This document shows, one piece after another, positions 51,980 through 64,000 of a stretch of DNA of 64,000 bases. The DNA comes from Octopus bimaculoides (taxonomy: Eukaryota). The position numbers and the translations under genes were made by a program. The stretch's first letter is position 1; each line of letters opens with the position of its first letter. Location: positions 31,270,750 to 31,334,749 of the forward strand of contig NC_068982.1 in the NCBI RefSeq assembly GCF_001194135.2, given 5' to 3'. The notes beneath the pieces were generated by a model. It made no database searches, was not told the origin of the DNA, and worked only from the letters and a program-made list of their open reading frames with translations.

Positions 51980-53775
51980 TCTAAACACTCTCACACACAA
52001 GCACACACACGTGTGTGTGTTTCTGTAATATGAGAATATATGTAAGAGAGTATGCTAGAGAGATAAGGGAGACAAAATTATGCGTAACAATGTAAAAATA
52101 GGTAGCCAGTGGCAGTGGTTAGGGCAGTTGATAAAAATTGTTGCAAGCCGGAAGCAAAGATATTATGAATATACAACCATAATCTAATAGCTGCAAAATG
52201 CATAAGCACTAGTATGTAGTGGCATTTACTGAAATTCGTTTAATATTTTACCGATCCCTTGCAGAAGGTATTTTACTCGCTTTGCTTTTCAGTATGGAAG
52301 CAGGTAAGAAGATGATATTAGAAAATATATTATAAAGCTGTTAAATATTTAAAGAGATAAATTGTCAGTATGAACATATAAACGCGCGAAAAAGTTATTT
52401 GAAGATCCTATCGTCCAGGTAGAACAAGAAATATTTGAGAAATGATAGTGACTTGAAAAAAGTTGTGATTCTTCAGTATTTAAATAACATCAATTATGCA
52501 TCTTTGTTAACCTCTCCACCGAATTATACTGCGGGGATGTGAAAAGTTGTGTCATGGTTATATGCAATTAAACTACTTTCTACTGTTTTTAGTGTTCTCG
52601 TTTGATAACCTTTTTTAGAAAGATGTAATAAAACTTCTGATGGAGATTTGTTTGAAATATTAACGCAATTTTGTTTTTCTTTTAAAAAGTAAAAAGCATT
52701 CAAGCTGTTATCATCGATCCTGTTTTCAAGCATAATTGCATCTACTTTTATAATAATATTATATCCTTCTTGTCAAGATGTTATTTTATTAAGATGAGAG
52801 ATATATACTCATTATTTGAAGCTAGTTGAGGCTCCTCGTGAAGTCGTCCATGCAGTTGATTGAAACATTTGCAACATCATACTTCGTCGTGCTATTTCAC
52901 GAGAGCAGTCTTTTATCTTTATCTTGTCAATTTACAAAGCCTAAAGTGTAACTACTGCTAGGAAAGGACAGAAACCCTTTATGTTTATTGAATATTAGAA
53001 GCCATGTAAAAATATCTAATGACCTCAGAAGTTCAGAAAATTAGCTAAAGAAAGAAAAGCCTGGAGATAACAAATTATTGACAGTAATATGATATCCGTG
53101 GCAACATGAGAGAAGGCAGTAGAAAGAGAAGGGCGGAGAGGATAATGAGAAGGACACCGTCATAAGGAAAACGACGACGGCCTCAATGATTACGATGATG
53201 GCAATAATTATAATGAGGATGAGGATGATGGTGGTGAGGATAAAGATAAAAAGGAAACTATGCTGATATCGATGGTCGGTATAAAGCTTTTGTTTTGCAC
53301 GATTACAATATTTATGAGATAGATGCAATCATCTGAATCTAACCCATGGTATTTCAAATATTTATTTTATAGCATATCGATGGAAGTAAGTCCTTGTGAA
53401 ATATCGTAGGATTTATAGACAGGAATTAACCTGAAGACAATTAGTTAAGCACATTACTACTTCTAACGCTTTTATTATTTTTGGTATCAATAAACATATA
53501 GAACTGTGGATGAGTTCTTGTCAATGTAGTAGAGTACTATTGTCAGATAATATATATGTGGAGACTAGCATGAACTGTTTCATTATAGCTAATTCATAAA
53601 ACTTAGCTTTAAATTTATAAAAGTAGAAATTAACGGAAATCAAAATCAAAGTATTATACGTATGAGAAACGTAGCATAACATGATAGTTTGATTTGAGAG
53701 CACGGAAGCAGAAAATTGTTGAAAAATGAAACAATATAAAGAGAATACACTCGAGATAAACTTCGTTATTTGAAT

Positions 53776-54191
53776 ACTCTTTTACGCTTTTACTTGTTTC
53801 AGTCATTTGACTGTGGCCATGCTGGAGCACCGCCTTTTAGTCGAGCAAATCGACCCCATGACTTATTCTTTGGAAGCCTAGTACTTATTCTATCGGTCTC
53901 TTTTGCCGAGCCGCTAAGTTACGGGGGCGTAAACACACCAGCATCGGTTGTCAAGCGATGTTGGTGGGACAAACACAGACACACAAACATATACACACAC
54001 ACATACATATACATATATATACATATATACGACGGGCTTCATTCAGTTTCCGTCTACTAAATCCACTCACACGGCTTTGGTCGGCCCGAGGCTATAGTAG
54101 AAGACACTTGCCCAAGGTGCCACGCAGTGGGACTGAACCCGGAACCATATGGTTGGTAAGCAAGTTACTTACCACACAGCCACTCCTACGC
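53776..54191 (-). mobile_element. SINE family B, full-length, little diverged
   Basis: Reverse complement of 40829-41197, with an added (TAAAAG)-like 3' tail at 53776-53795. Confidence 0.92.
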
Positions 54192-54624
54192 TTTTTGGAA
54201 AGCATGTGTCCTAGGATTCTCAATTCTAAATACGATTGCGTATAAAATTTTTAAAAAGCGTATCATGTTTGAACACTTGCATCCAGGATATCATATTCTG
54301 AAATAATGGGTGAAGTAAAAGAAAAGGTTGCATTTAGAAGCATTTGGATAATGTATAAAAAAGAAAGTGATAAAAGTGTGTTCACAAATGTTTGGGATTT
54401 GGCATTTAATGTCAACTTTTATTCATGAGACTAAATTTTCTTTATAATTATATTACATATACCTTTTTTTAAATTTTTTCTTTAATTTCATATTCCGAAA
54501 GAGACAGTTTAAAATATTTATTTATTTAAAAAATAACTCTTTGCCTGTTGTAGTAAGGACTTAGTCATGTACTAAGAAGAAGTACATGACTAATTCTCTT
54601 GTAATTTTGTTCTAATAATTGAAA

Positions 54625-55058
54625 GGCGGCGAGCTGGCAGAAACGTTAACGCGTCAGGCGAAATGCTTAGCGGTATTTCGTCTGCCGTTACGTTCTGAGT
54701 TCAAATTCCGCCGAGGTCGACTTTGCCTTTCATCCTTTCGGGGTCGATAAATTAAGTACCAGTTACGCTGTGGGGTCGATATAATCGACTTAATTCCTTT
54801 GTCTGTCTATGTTTGTCCCCTCTATGTTTAGCCCTTGTGGGCAATAAAGAAATAAGAAATGTTTGCACGCCGAGCGAAACACCTAGCGTTATTTCGTCTG
54901 TCTTTATGCTCTGAGTTCAAATTTCGCCGAGGTCGACTTTACCTTTCATCCTTTCGGGGTCGATAAATTAAGTACCAGTTGTGTAATGATGTCAATCTAA
55001 TTGACCGGTCCCCTCCCAAGAAATTTCTAGCCTTGTGCTTAGAGTAGACAAGAATATT
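54625..55058 (+). mobile_element. Dimeric SINE A
   Basis: Unit 1 runs GGCGGCGAGCTGGCAGAAACGTT..GAGTTCAAATTCCGCCGAGGTCGACTTTGCCTTTCATCCTTTCGGGGTCGATAAATTAAGTACCAG..GGGCAATAAAGAAATAAGAAA. A second, head-truncated unit follows and ends CCTTGTGCTTAGAGTAGACAAGAATATT. Confidence 0.9.
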
Positions 55059-57439
55059 GATATAATTGATTGAATTAATCCTAATGTAGCCAACAAAATT
55101 TATTTCATACGAGAGTTGGAAAGCGAATCTGTTTAAGCAACCGATAATCAGCAGATCGCATTAAGTAACCTAAAGATTGTTGAAAGAAACTCATTATACC
55201 GATGTTCAATTTTCAATATCATAAAATAAATCGCCTATTTCCTTCCTTCTTCAGACATGAAGATTTAGGACATTTTTTTATTTATTTATTTGTAGCATAT
55301 CTACTAATTGCATGCATTAGAAAGTTGCAGTCCATCGATTATACCAGTATGTTCACAACTGGCTGTAAGGAGTGCAAGGATTCCGCGTAAAATTGTTCCG
55401 CGCAATACTCGGTGTACAACTAATATCAACAAGATCAAGTTAATGGTTGTATGATCAAAAGAATGTGCAATGCTTCGGCTCGATGGTCCGCTGAAAGATG
55501 TGATCCTTAGTCCTTATATCTACAGTAATTGTTACAATGCCAGAAGATCTGCAGCAGATTGAGTTTGGATCACTCATCAATGAGCGACCAGAACAGCGTG
55601 TCACGTGTTAACTGTGCATCCCTTAATACAAAGACGTGATTGGTACGGTCGCTGGTTACTTCAGCTGTTCTGTTCAGCTGTGATGCATAGCTGCAAATTA
55701 CAAGGCAATAGTGCAAAGATGACAGTTACGAGCTGTAGCGCTGGCATTACGTACAACAAATCACTGCACGAACAGTGAGATCGCATAAATTCTAGACGAG
55801 ATAAATAATACTCTTAGAGGAAAACATTTAGTGCAAAAGTGGAAACTAAATCATTTTGTATATATTTACTGTTACCCGGTCAATAGCATCGGACAAGTAA
55901 ATTATTTAGGGTAAACTTCGGTGTGGGTAAACACGTATGTTTATAACGTAAAATAGCAAATGGGTAGCTAATCTATAAATCTCTTTGTGAAACTCTTCAG
56001 AACAGATAATAGTGGTAGTCGTTTGTCAAAGAATTTACCAACTATAGTTCGTGAGCCGATGTCCCAATGGAAAAGGTTTGATTTATTTTAATTTATCAAT
56101 GATGTATGTATATTTATCTTCATTGTATGTTTATCTCCATTGATCCAAAATGTCTCGTTCCTACCGGGACAGTTCTGGCAGAGTGCAGAGTAGATTTGTC
56201 CTCTAATGGTATCTGAATTTTATTCAAATTAGTCTAAGCAACATTCAAATACTAAGAAGGCAGAAACAACAATGGCCAAGAGATAGATATTCAGAAGTAT
56301 TAAATGCGATACTTGAGAGATAGTAATTAACGATTGTATTAATGATAAATTTATAACTAAATTGTCAGAAATTAGCTCTTTTGAAGTGGGGGGTAAAATT
56401 ACGGATAAAGATTACGTACGTTTTTACTGTTTAGATTCTGTGCTTTCGTTTATAATCTATTGAACTAGTAATGTAGAATACCAACCGTAAATAACCGGAA
56501 GATTTGTGCAGAAAACTAAATAAAAATTGATGTAAGAATGTAATTATTGTATATTTTCATGGGATGAGTTTTAACCTATTTTCTTGGTTTGGGAAATGAA
56601 ATTCTATTTCTCTTTTCCTTTAATCATAGGTAAACACAATACTCCATGTGATACAAAATACTTTAAATCTACAGTTAATGAAAATATTTCGATTTAATTC
56701 CAAGGCTAGAATATAATATGCGAAAGAAAATATCTAAATAGTGAATGTTAACAAGTATTAACTTCTAGAAATAAATGTGGCTTATATTTACAAATAAAAA
56801 ATAAACATGGAACACACAACATAAATGTAAATTATGAAATTGTTTATAAAATCATCCTAATATATCAAAATTGATAAATCCCTCACCTTAGATAGATCTC
56901 AAAAGTTAAGCTGTACTGCATATAGAGATAAAGCAAATTACAGCTCTATGCAAAAATGATTTACTTACTGTTGCTTGTAACATTCTAAATACTACTGCTT
57001 TCACTGTCATATAACCTTCCTACTTATAGTTCGTACTCACAGCATTTAAAAGCTGCGTTTTCAATAGGTCCAACAATGGGGACATGCAATATACGATCTT
57101 CGACAGAATAATGGTAGCATTATGGTACCATAAACAAACGAGATGCTTTTCTCTATATTTTCTATACAGTAAAACACCTCAGAATTAAAGCCAATCAATA
57201 ATGATCTGTCTCATAGCGACCTTATTTTAGAGTTGCCACAGAACCAATGAAGCAATGCAGGAGGCTTAATTACTTCTGATGTTCTTCAATATACAATAAT
57301 TATCTGCGTTAGCCAAAACTTTCTTATCTCACCTAAAGTTACAGAGTCAAACGTTCAAGCGTGGACAAAAAACGCTTCACCATAGTATCATAAACCCTTA
57401 CTAATCTAAAAGCTGTTTGATTTTGTCTAATAATAGTCA

Positions 57440-57628
57440 GTTATAGGTTTCTGTATCAGAATATTCTGACCTACCAAATTCTGAACAAGTATAAAGATCT
57501 TGAAATAAAAATTGGCAAACGTGGCACCTCAAGACTAAAACGATACCTTTTGTCATAGGTGCCCTAGGAATGATAGGAAAAACAACTGCTTGCTACTTAT
57601 CCCAGATACCAAGAAATCCAAAACTCAA
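57440..57628 (+). mobile_element. R4/Dong-type LINE C-terminal fragment #1
   Basis: KYKDLEIKIG..HLKTKTIPFVIGALGMIGK..IPRNPKL. Confidence 0.8.
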
Positions 57629-59620
57629 AAAGGTTGTAAAAGTAATTCTTATGGATACAAAGATCAATTACTCATAAATAAAATGATTGTGGAAAATTGC
57701 CGGAGCAAAAAGAAGAAACTAAGTATGGCATGGATTACAGAAAAGCGTTTGATAGTGTCCCACATAATTGATTACTCAAGGCTCTTGAGATATATAAGAT
57801 CTCTTTTGTCGTCTCCAAATTCTTACAAGGTGGGATGGCCAAGTGGAATACACGTCTCCTCCTACACCATAGTAATGGGATGAGCCAATCTAACAACATC
57901 AGCATCAAACGAGGCATCTTTCAAGGTGACTCCCTCACTCTACTGTTTTGCATAGCACTGATCCCACTCTCAAACGAACTGAGTAACACGAGATATGGGT
58001 TCAAAGAGTATACTATTATACTAAATCATCTGTTTTATATAGACGACCTGAAACTGTTTGCTAGAAATGACGAAGAGCTAGTAGGATAGTTAACAACTGT
58101 TACAGATTTCAGCAATAACATTGTAATGGATTTTAGCCTAGATAAGTGTGCTAAAGCAACTTTTGTAAGAGGCAAGCTCAAACAAACAGCTTTCACTAAA
58201 TTAGACACCGACACTATCATCAATGAGTTTGACCAAGAAGAAAGCTATAAATACCTGGGGATAAACGAAGGAGATGCTATACAACATGCTATTATGAAGG
58301 AAAAAAATAAGAAATGAGTATTACAGTAGAGTAAAGCTCATACTAAAAACTGAACTTAACTCCAAAAGTCACATCTAAGTCATTAACACCCTGTCATTAA
58401 CCTTCCAGTATTCCAATAACTGGAATCTTACAGAGCTCCAACGCCTAGACAGGAAGACAAGAAATCTACTAATATCTAAGAACGTGCATCACCCAAAAGC
58501 AGACGTTGATCGTCTGTACCTACCTAGAATTAATAGGGGAAGAGGAATGAAGCACGTAGAGGAATGATGCACGTAGAGGAATGATGCACGTAGAGGAATG
58601 ATGTAGGAATGATGCAGGTAATGCTATAAGACCTCCAAAATAGCAATGAACAAGTGCTTATTTACTACAGAGAACTGGGTGCTGCGGCTTGTACGCAAAC
58701 ACGAAAGCAACAAGAAATCACATTCTATTGACAAGGAAGCTTGCAAATTCGCAAGGGAAGTCAGCATTAACCTTAAATTAGATGAAGAACCTGAAATCAC
58801 TGCCATCAAACAAACAAAACAGATCAAAGAGACTGCAAGAAAGAACGGGCAGAAACAAACTGAGGAGCATTGGAGTCAGAAGCCGCTGCATGAACCGTAT
58901 ATACTTCGAAGCCGAAATGCTGATGTCGACCAAACAACGACCTATCAGTGGCTGAGAAGATCAGGACTGAAAGCAGAGACTGAAGGTTTCATATTAGCGG
59001 CACAAGATCAAAGCTTGCATACTAAAAACTACCGGGCTAGCGTTTTTCAAAACGGTTCTGACCCTAAATGTAGATTCTGTGATACATTTGATGAAACAAC
59101 AGACCATTTGTACTGACACCAAGTGAATACAAAAATTGCCACGATAGGTTAGGACAGTATTTACATTGGAGAATATGTAAACATTACAAATAAACACGCT
59201 TGCTTATTTGCATTAACATCATCTTGAGCCAGCCGTTGAAGGTAAAAATGTCATTATCCTCTGGGATTTTCCAGTCAACACTGACAGAACGATCCAGTGT
59301 AATCGACCAAACATAGTCATTTAAGACAGAGAAGGAAATACTTGTAGACTAATAGATGTAAGAGTTCTCACTGATAAAAATATATATACAAAGGAATTTG
59401 ACAAATTAAGTAAATATGAGGACCTGGAAATTAAAATACAAAGATGTGGCATCTTAAAGCCAAAACTGTTCCTATTATTGTGGGAGCCCTAGGTGTGATA
59501 AAAGGATGTCAGAAATATCTAAATAATATCCCAGGAGAACCATGTCTCAGGGAAATGTAAAAGATTGTGCAGATAAGTATTACCCACATCCTCAGAAAAA
59601 CCCTATCAATTTAAATGTCT
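57629..59620 (+). mobile_element. R4/Dong-type LINE #2 (RT, CCHC zinc knuckle, REL endonuclease), 5'-truncated and degenerate
   Basis: GCKSNSYGYKDQLLINK, KRGIFQGDSL, NHLFYIDDLKLF, FSLDKCAK, YKYLGI, HPKADVDRLYLPR..GGRG, LKAETEGFILAAQDQSL, CRFC..ETTDH, ILWDFPVNTDRTI..NRP, IVGALG and THILRKTLSI*. Confidence 0.93.
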
Positions 59621-59659
59621 GTGTTGTATTACATGAAGATGTTTCGCTACTTCCCCTGC

Positions 59660-60660
59660 CACTTGCGTTCCCCAAGCAGTTAATACGTGAGCGATAGCAT
59701 CACTGCGGTATGGGGCGGGAATTACAAACTGGCAAAAGAGAGAAGTGAAGAATATGAATATCAAGACGAGAAAAATGTTGACAAGACACAGAGCTTTCCA
59801 CTCGAAGAGTGACACTGATATGTTGTACTTGTATAGAAGAAAGGTTGGGAGAGGTTAGATCTGTTGACAAGACTGTTGCGAAACTGAGGTAAGCAGCGAA
59901 TCGTGGTATGTAAATAATGCCGTGGAGGCCACTGTTGAAACACACGAAGAAGACCTGCGTCATCAAAACCGAAAATTGTGTAAGGAAAGAAAAAATTAAA
60001 ACGAAATTAACAAAAAAGAAATAGAAAAAACATGGAAGGAAAAGTAAATGTACGGTCAGCTTGCAAAAGATGTGAACGCCAAGGCAGATACAGAGGACTG
60101 GTGGATATGGCACATCATTAGCGAATGTCCGAAACTGGCACAACCCGAATACAAAAAAAAACCATGACAATGTGGCAAGAATGATCCATTAGAAGCTCTA
60201 TGGAAATCACAGCCTACGAAGAGCAAAATAAGAATGTCAAAATCCTGTGGGATGCAGGGCTATCACCCGACCACACATCGATCGGAAACCGGACATTGTT
60301 GTGGTGAATAAAAAGAGAAAGAACGTATGATAATCGACATAGTATACCCCGGTGATAGCAAGATCAATGTGAAAGAAGAAAAATAAATAACTATGCCGAT
60401 TTGAAGCGGGAAATACGACGACTGTGGTCAATGAGACAGGAGACATGATGCCAATAGTAATTGGTGCACTTGGAAGAATCACCACTCAACTACCAACAAG
60501 GCTGAAAATGATCGGTGCAAGTGTGAAGGTAGAACACCAACAAAAATCAGCATTGTTTGGAACTGCAAGAATTTTTCACAAGGTTCTTGAAGCAAGTGTC
60601 ACCTTAGTCTGCTGGCTGTTGACAGCTGACACTTTCCATCATACACAGCAAAATAATCTG
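59660..60660 (+). mobile_element. R4/Dong-type LINE #3 (distinct subfamily), internally deleted
   Basis: RYGAGITNW..NIKTRKMLTRHRAFH.KSDTD.LYL, HIISECPKLAQ, HDNVARMIH, RKPDIVVVNK and MPIVIGALGRITTQLP..QKSALFGTARIFHKVLEA. Confidence 0.88.
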
Positions 60661-60674
60661 TGAGTTTTCATATA

Positions 60675-61020
60675 ATAGACCTGGAAATAGAGGTAACTCG
60701 AATGTGGAATCTAAAAACAGAAACAATTCCTATCATAGTAGGTGCCTTAGGTATAATAAAAAATATTCAGACAAATACATAACAAAAACACCAGGACTTA
60801 CAAATATATATAACATACAGAAAATTGCACTACTGGGTACTGCACACATTCTACGCAAAACACTTTCAATACAGTAACCATAAGAGCATCACAGCAACCC
60901 GCAGCACATACCCAAGGCGCACAGAGCTGCGCTCGGTAGTGAAGTGAAAGCACGTTATAAAAATAAAACTACTGAAAAATAAAAATAATAATAATGATGA
61001 TAATAATAATAATAATAATA
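60675..61020 (+). mobile_element. R4/Dong-type LINE #4, short young 3' end with (AAT)n tail
   Basis: DLEIEVTRMWNLKTETIPIIVGALG..IQKIALLGTAHILRKTLSIQ*, a 3' UTR, and an AAT run at ~60985-61020. Confidence 0.9.
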
Positions 61021-63016
61021 ACCATAACAACAGCAACAACAACAACTACAACAACAACAAGACAAATTTAACACTAACAGATTAACTGTATGTATATGTA
61101 TGAACGCATGCATATATATGTGTGTGTGTTTGTGCGCATATATATGTATGTATATGTGTGTGTATATATATATATATACATATATATGCACATATATATT
61201 TGTGTATGTATGCAAGTGCGTGTGTGTGTTTAATGATAGAGTGAAAACACATTTATATCTGTTTATCTATGTATGTGTGTGTTTGTGTGAGCTAAAGGGT
61301 AGTTTTAAAGCTTGAAACTCGGAGTAACTTTCAGCTTAAAGAAAATAAGGTACTTTGTGTATGATGTAGTTTTTCTTTTTGCGTAAGATTTTATAATAAA
61401 TTCTTTAAAATAAAAATACTTTCATTTTCATGAATATATAAAAGGACATACGCACGCATATGTAACACATGAACATAACATAATACCTAGTTACATGTGT
61501 AAATTATGTTTATATGTATGTATGTATACGCATATGAAAGCATACACATATATCAACACATTGATGCATGTGTGTATGGGTGTGTAATGCAACATCCATA
61601 ACCCAGACAGTTTGTTTCTTTCTTCGTCTGGTTTATTTGTCCTCATAGACATTTTATTTGTTGTTGTTTCTCTTATAGTCAAAGAGTGCAGACATGTTGC
61701 TCAGAGCTTTGCGCACTTTGACATAACAAAAAAAAAAAAATTCTTTTAGGCATACACGATTTTTTCTTTTCATTTTTTTTTTTTGTATGGAGACCAAACA
61801 ACAGACTTTATATGTAAGAAACCGAAAACATTTTTTTTAATTACAACAAAATTTTCCGCATATGTTTAGTTCTATAGAATTTTGTTTCTGTAAAATTCTT
61901 CCTGAACTTACTTTTCATAATCATCCTCCAACGGAGACTAATTATAATTTTTCCTCATGTTTTTAGCCTTATCAATTACCTGGGAAATTGTCAATGTCGT
62001 TCATATGTTGCACAAAATATTTCATCAATTTGGTTTGAAATAAGGAGAGTTGATAATATTACTTTATTTAATTATATTCAAGCATTGAGGGTCTGTATTA
62101 TGAAACATCTTTTGATGTAATGAATTCTATAAATATTGCTATTCCGAAATATGAACTAAATACATATGGTTTCATTTTGGCCTTTGAACAACAAAGTCAT
62201 AAAAGTCATACTACAAATTCAACAAGTATTTCACTCATGCACAGGTTAATTAATCTCATTTAAAATTATATCCATTGATATCAGTTTCTTGTGGCAACAA
62301 GCTCAGATAACAGTGCTGCAAAATTCAGTTGTTTAGTTCCAAGTTGACTTGATTGGATATTGACAGATATAATTGGTTTCTATAATCAAAAGTATCCACA
62401 ATTTCAGATAACGACGTATATTTAAACTACGTGTGCGTTTAATTACTTGCGTTAAGAAAATCAACAGCCCTATAATTTTCACCTTCATCATTTGTAAATT
62501 AGTCCTAATACTTATTCTTGAATAATATCGGACCACTAATTTGCAGAAGGATCGTAATTTATTTTAAAACTGCATACCGGCTTTACTAAACTGATTCAAT
62601 TTTAAAACTGTTTCTTTCATATCTAACTGGAAAGGGCAGGTAATATTTTACTGTTACTATACTATTAAACGGGATACATTACGGTATCTATTTACATCGT
62701 CACTGTTCGATGTTCATATACACATATATAAACAGACATCACTATAAAAAAAACCACCTGTGTTTGTTCACTAACCAACTGCGGAACCCTCATCCGTTGT
62801 TTAAAAACGGGAGCGTCCATAAGATATATGTTTACATATGTTACTCTTAAGTTCTGAGGAAAATTGACGAGATGGTTCTTGAACTGACATCATTCAAGTA
62901 ATTATTTCTATTACAAGGCCTGCAATTTTGGAGGGAGTGGCTAGTCAATTACATCGACATCATTACTCGACTCATTTTACAACGTCGAAAAGATGAAAAC
63001 TGAACCTAAAGCCGTT

Positions 63017-63256
63017 AACGTTTCTTATTTCGTTATTGCTCACAAGCGGATAAACATAGAGAGGACAAACAAGGACAGACATACGGATTAAGTCGATTAC
63101 ATCGACCTCAGTGCGTAACTGGTACTTAATTTATCGACCCCGAAAGGATGAAAGGCAAAGTAGACGTCTGCAGAATTTGAACTCAGAACGTAACGGCAGA
63201 CGAAATACCGCTGAGCATTTCGCCCGGCATGCTAACGTTTCTGCCAGCTCACCGCC
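63017..63256 (-). mobile_element. Monomeric SINE A with target-site duplication
   Basis: A full unit 1 is flanked by GTTAACGTTTCT (63014-63025 and 63257-63268; 15 bp if the adjacent GCC is included). An older SINE A-like remnant lies at 62900-63010. Confidence 0.9.
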
Positions 63257-64000
63257 GTTAACGTTTCTACCAACCAACTGCCTTATTAAAATTAATTATA
63301 ACGTACTTTAGAAAGATGATTAAGTCGCTATTACTTATAAGTAGAAGTGTTTAACATAATCAAGAATAATTTAAAATTTCGCAGTTCTTCTGAATTTAAT
63401 GTGAAGACCAAAAGTCGAGGTGATACCACTTGCTTAGTTTAGATCACTATGTGTGAAGGGGTGATTTTATTAACAAGCATTACATGTGGTAACATATCAG
63501 TTGACGATGTCTGCTGTTTTCTAATGGAACGTCAGTTGATGTCCACCGTTTGAAGCTTAATCGAAGAATTTTATGTTCCCAATGTAAAATTGTCAACAAG
63601 GGATATTCGGCTAAACTCTTATCAAACAGATCAATATTTAAAGGCTTTCAAATTACATATCCCTACCTACAGAGCATATTCCTTTCCTTAAGCCGGTATG
63701 TGGACATTTTAAAAAGATGTCGCTATTTATCTAACGCGTAATGTTTCTAGTGTTAACTGATATTTACTCAGTTTATTTTACAGGTGGTATATGTCATTTA
63801 AGAACTGCAAATCTTGCTCTTTTGCCTTTTTCTTTTAATAGTCAAACGAAACATATATATCATAATATGAGATTACAAATTATGCCTGGGGGCCCAACTG
63901 TTTTTCTTGATGCAACAATTTTCATATAAATGTGAAAATATGAATATAGTCTTTAATATAATTATATATAAATTTAGTTATTTAAAATTGAACATCTACA

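Overview
AT-rich eukaryotic DNA, dense in microsatellites and with many assembly gaps. The tRNA-derived SINE families and repeat landscape look like an octopus (cephalopod) genome; this is pattern recognition, not a database match. No intact protein-coding gene, rRNA, tRNA or CRISPR array can be supported, and nearly all listed ORFs are microsatellite or N artefacts, antisense frames, or broken transposon frames. The window is mainly a record of mobile elements. It holds an internally deleted Helitron with both ends (28-2744), Penelope-like fragments, a CR1/L2-group LINE interrupted by a MULE remnant, maT/Tc1/mariner fragments, a Tx1/L1-like endonuclease fragment, a Helentron-type non-autonomous element, many R4/Dong-type LINE pieces (four stacked at 57.4-61.0 kb) and at least three SINE families. 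The most notable signals are hammerhead-ribozyme motifs (27467-27520 inside a ~335 bp long-inverted-repeat element, 35395-35439, and a partial one at 37217-37235), a 43-bp micro-SINE present at both filled and empty sites, and a dimeric SINE that moved as one unit. A few low-confidence candidate exons suggest the window may lie in the long introns of an unidentified host gene.
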